The notes under the pieces were generated by a model. The model was not told the origin of the DNA, made no database searches, and saw nothing but the letters and a program-made list of their open reading frames with translations. Of a stretch of 64,000 bases of DNA, positions 61,901 to 64,000 are shown in pieces. Source of the stretch: Amphiscolops sp. MND2022. Taxonomy: Eukaryota. The position numbers and the translations under genes were made by a program. The number at the start of each line of letters is the position of its first letter. Position 1 is the stretch's first letter. The stretch is from positions 16,866,001-16,930,000 of the forward strand of contig OZ076409.1 in NCBI GenBank assembly GCA_964187785.1, read 5' to 3'.

Positions 61901-64000
61901 AACTCTCATTTTGGTAGTCGCCTTGTCCTCTCTGATGACCGCGTGATGCGGGGTATAATGACAGAACTTTTCTGACCTTACCTCATTATCTGGAACTTCT
62001 TCCAAAATTCCCGCCTTAACCTGATCCTTCAAGACCTCGTCGTATTCTTTCAGCCTTCCTTTGTTAATAGCACTTCGGGTTGTTGACTCCAACCTTGCTG
62101 TAGCCAAGCTCCTGTGGTCCCGCAAGAACTGTTTGTTGTCGTTCCAAGGGAGTTTTGCCACATACCGTTCTCCATTGTACTTCACTGACTCTTCGAAATT
62201 CGCAAGAATTGGATCTTCTCCGACACCTATACCTAAACTTTCAAATCCCCAAAACGATTCAACTTTTTCCGACAAAGTGTCTTTTCCCCGAACGGAGCAA
62301 ACAAAAGTTCCAACTGAGCTATCGCTGCTACCTTCACCGCATGTTATAGGTCCAGACAATACCCAACCGAACTTGCTGCTCACTGCACTCAGTTTCTTAC
62401 CGAAGCCACCCACAATGACATCTGACGTGACAAACTGGTAGTACAAGTCTGACCCGATAAGAATGTGGACCGACAAAGAACCTGAAATGTCCTCCCTGAA
62501 GTCTTCAGCCAACTGAAGATTGCTCAAATACTTATGCTGCCCCTTTATTGCCTGGATGTTACACGGGTTCAGCAGAGGCGAACATATGGTCTGCATCCCC
62601 ACTAAATTCACGAAAACTTTTCCCCAAAGAGTTTGTATGCACGCTCTGTAAACCCATCGTTGGCTTTCTTCTGTTTTATCAGACCCGAATGCGTTCAAAG
62701 AAAAAGACTTTTGACCAACGGCTTCTAAGCCACATCTTGCGGCGAACTCTTCTGTGATGTACGACTGCTGCGAACATTTGTCAAGAAGAATTCTTCCCTT
62801 GCAACTTTCGCCTAAACCGTTTGAAATCGTTGTGACCGCCGTTTCCAGCAATACCAGACATCTGCTAGAAGAACAAAGTGAAACTGACGTTGAATCTGTC
62901 TTGTTTCCTCCTGAAGAACTTTCTTCGCCATGACTAGGCTTATCATCTCCCACTGGACGATTGTTGTTTTGATAGTTATGAACCCGATTCAATTTGCGGC
63001 CCGTATCGCCTTGTGATACATTCCCCGGTGGATGAAACGAGTTCAGCGAGTTCTGTCCTTGGTTATAGTTCTGCTGCTTCCACTGATGCTGGTTTCCAGC
63101 CCTCGCTGCATTCCGATTACTGTTGAACATGTTGCCGCTTGCTCCTGTTGTTGGTACTGACTTGAAGCAAATCGCTTGGTGGTGTTCCTTGCCGCACCTG
63201 AAACAACCCTTAACCTGACACGTTTTCGACATATGACCTCCCTGGAGGCACTTGAAGCATCTTCCTTTCTCTATCAAATACCTTTTCCGTTCCTTGGGCG
63301 TCTGAATCATCGAACATTTATGACTAGTATGGTTTCCATTGCAGAAGACGCATCCTTTAACTTGCAGTTTAGCCACAAATGAACCTGCTGTACCATCTGA
63401 GTCACCTCTATCTAGAGCAGGCTTATTACCACCTGCTGCTCTCTGTACCGAGAAGGCACACTTCTCCCTAGCCTCAACCTCCTTGCTAAGAAGCTCTAAC
63501 AGCTCCTTCAAATTCCAAATCTCCGACGAAATCAATCTAGTTACCTGTAACTTTATGTCCTCCGGTAACTTGCCTAACAGAATTGGAATTAACAGAGACC
63601 CAAAAGTACTTTGATCCACTGACAAAGATTGAAGACCTCTGATGATAACCTCCACTCGTCCCACAAAACTCCGAAGCCTACCGACATCCTTTCCTTCTGC
63701 AACAGCAGGTAGTTTCACCAACCGATCCATGAAGTTTGAAATAAGCCGTTGCTTATCTCCAAACTGCTTCGCTAGCAGCTGCCACGCACTGTCGTAGTTT
63801 GCGCTAGTTATGGGAAGACCCGAAATTGTCTCCGCAGCTCTCCCCAACAAGCTGGATTTCAGGTAAGTGAACTTGTCAATTTTGGACAAAAACTTGTTTT
63901 CATGTACAGCGTGCCCAAAAAAGTCCCGAAAGTTCAACCATTCGTCTACGTTACCGTCAAATTTTGGCAAGTCCATCTTAGGAAGTCTGACAGTTTTTAA
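58994..64000 (-). mobile_element. BEL/Pao LTR retrotransposon gag-pol ORF, uninterrupted, runs off the window end
   Basis: >=1660 aa: LPKFDG gag, three CCHC knuckles, protease LLDKCSQ, RT ADIEKAFLQ/YVDD, RNase H FADAS/PRLEL, integrase IDFAGP/SDNG/GGFWE. Confidence 0.97.

Noticed and set aside
59014..63614. Plus-strand ORFs overlapping the BEL polyprotein
   Set aside because: Antisense shadows of a long coding frame with no independent motifs

Overview
AT-rich, intron-containing eukaryotic DNA, most likely from an invertebrate animal (species not determinable here), dominated by transposable elements. Host genes: a 4-exon RING/TRAF-zinc-finger E3-ligase-like gene (32965-40228), a frameshifted PACRG-like pseudogene (42995-43767), an intronless EamA/DMT transporter with a probable 5' frameshift (47278-48244), and a TAF5/TAF5L-like NTD2+WD40 gene (from 51556, incomplete in the window). 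Mobile DNA: nested APE-RT LINEs (one with a tandemly amplified PHD-finger ORF1), two CRE-type LINE remnants, a Penelope GIY-YIG fragment, a decayed and an apparently intact BEL/Pao LTR element, a Gypsy fragment, hAT, Tc1/IS630 and Harbinger-like TIR elements, tRNA-derived SINE-like pieces, and deeply nested Helentron-type non-autonomous elements. Most unusual: a decayed Ginger-like H2C2-OTU protease fusion lacking the integrase core, a GC-rich cassette with a TARG1-like macrodomain and an SGNH-like ORF, a structured ~200-bp core shared by two different MITE shells, and three near-identical 0.8-1.3 kb tandem duplications. All family calls come from reading motifs by eye; no database search was run.
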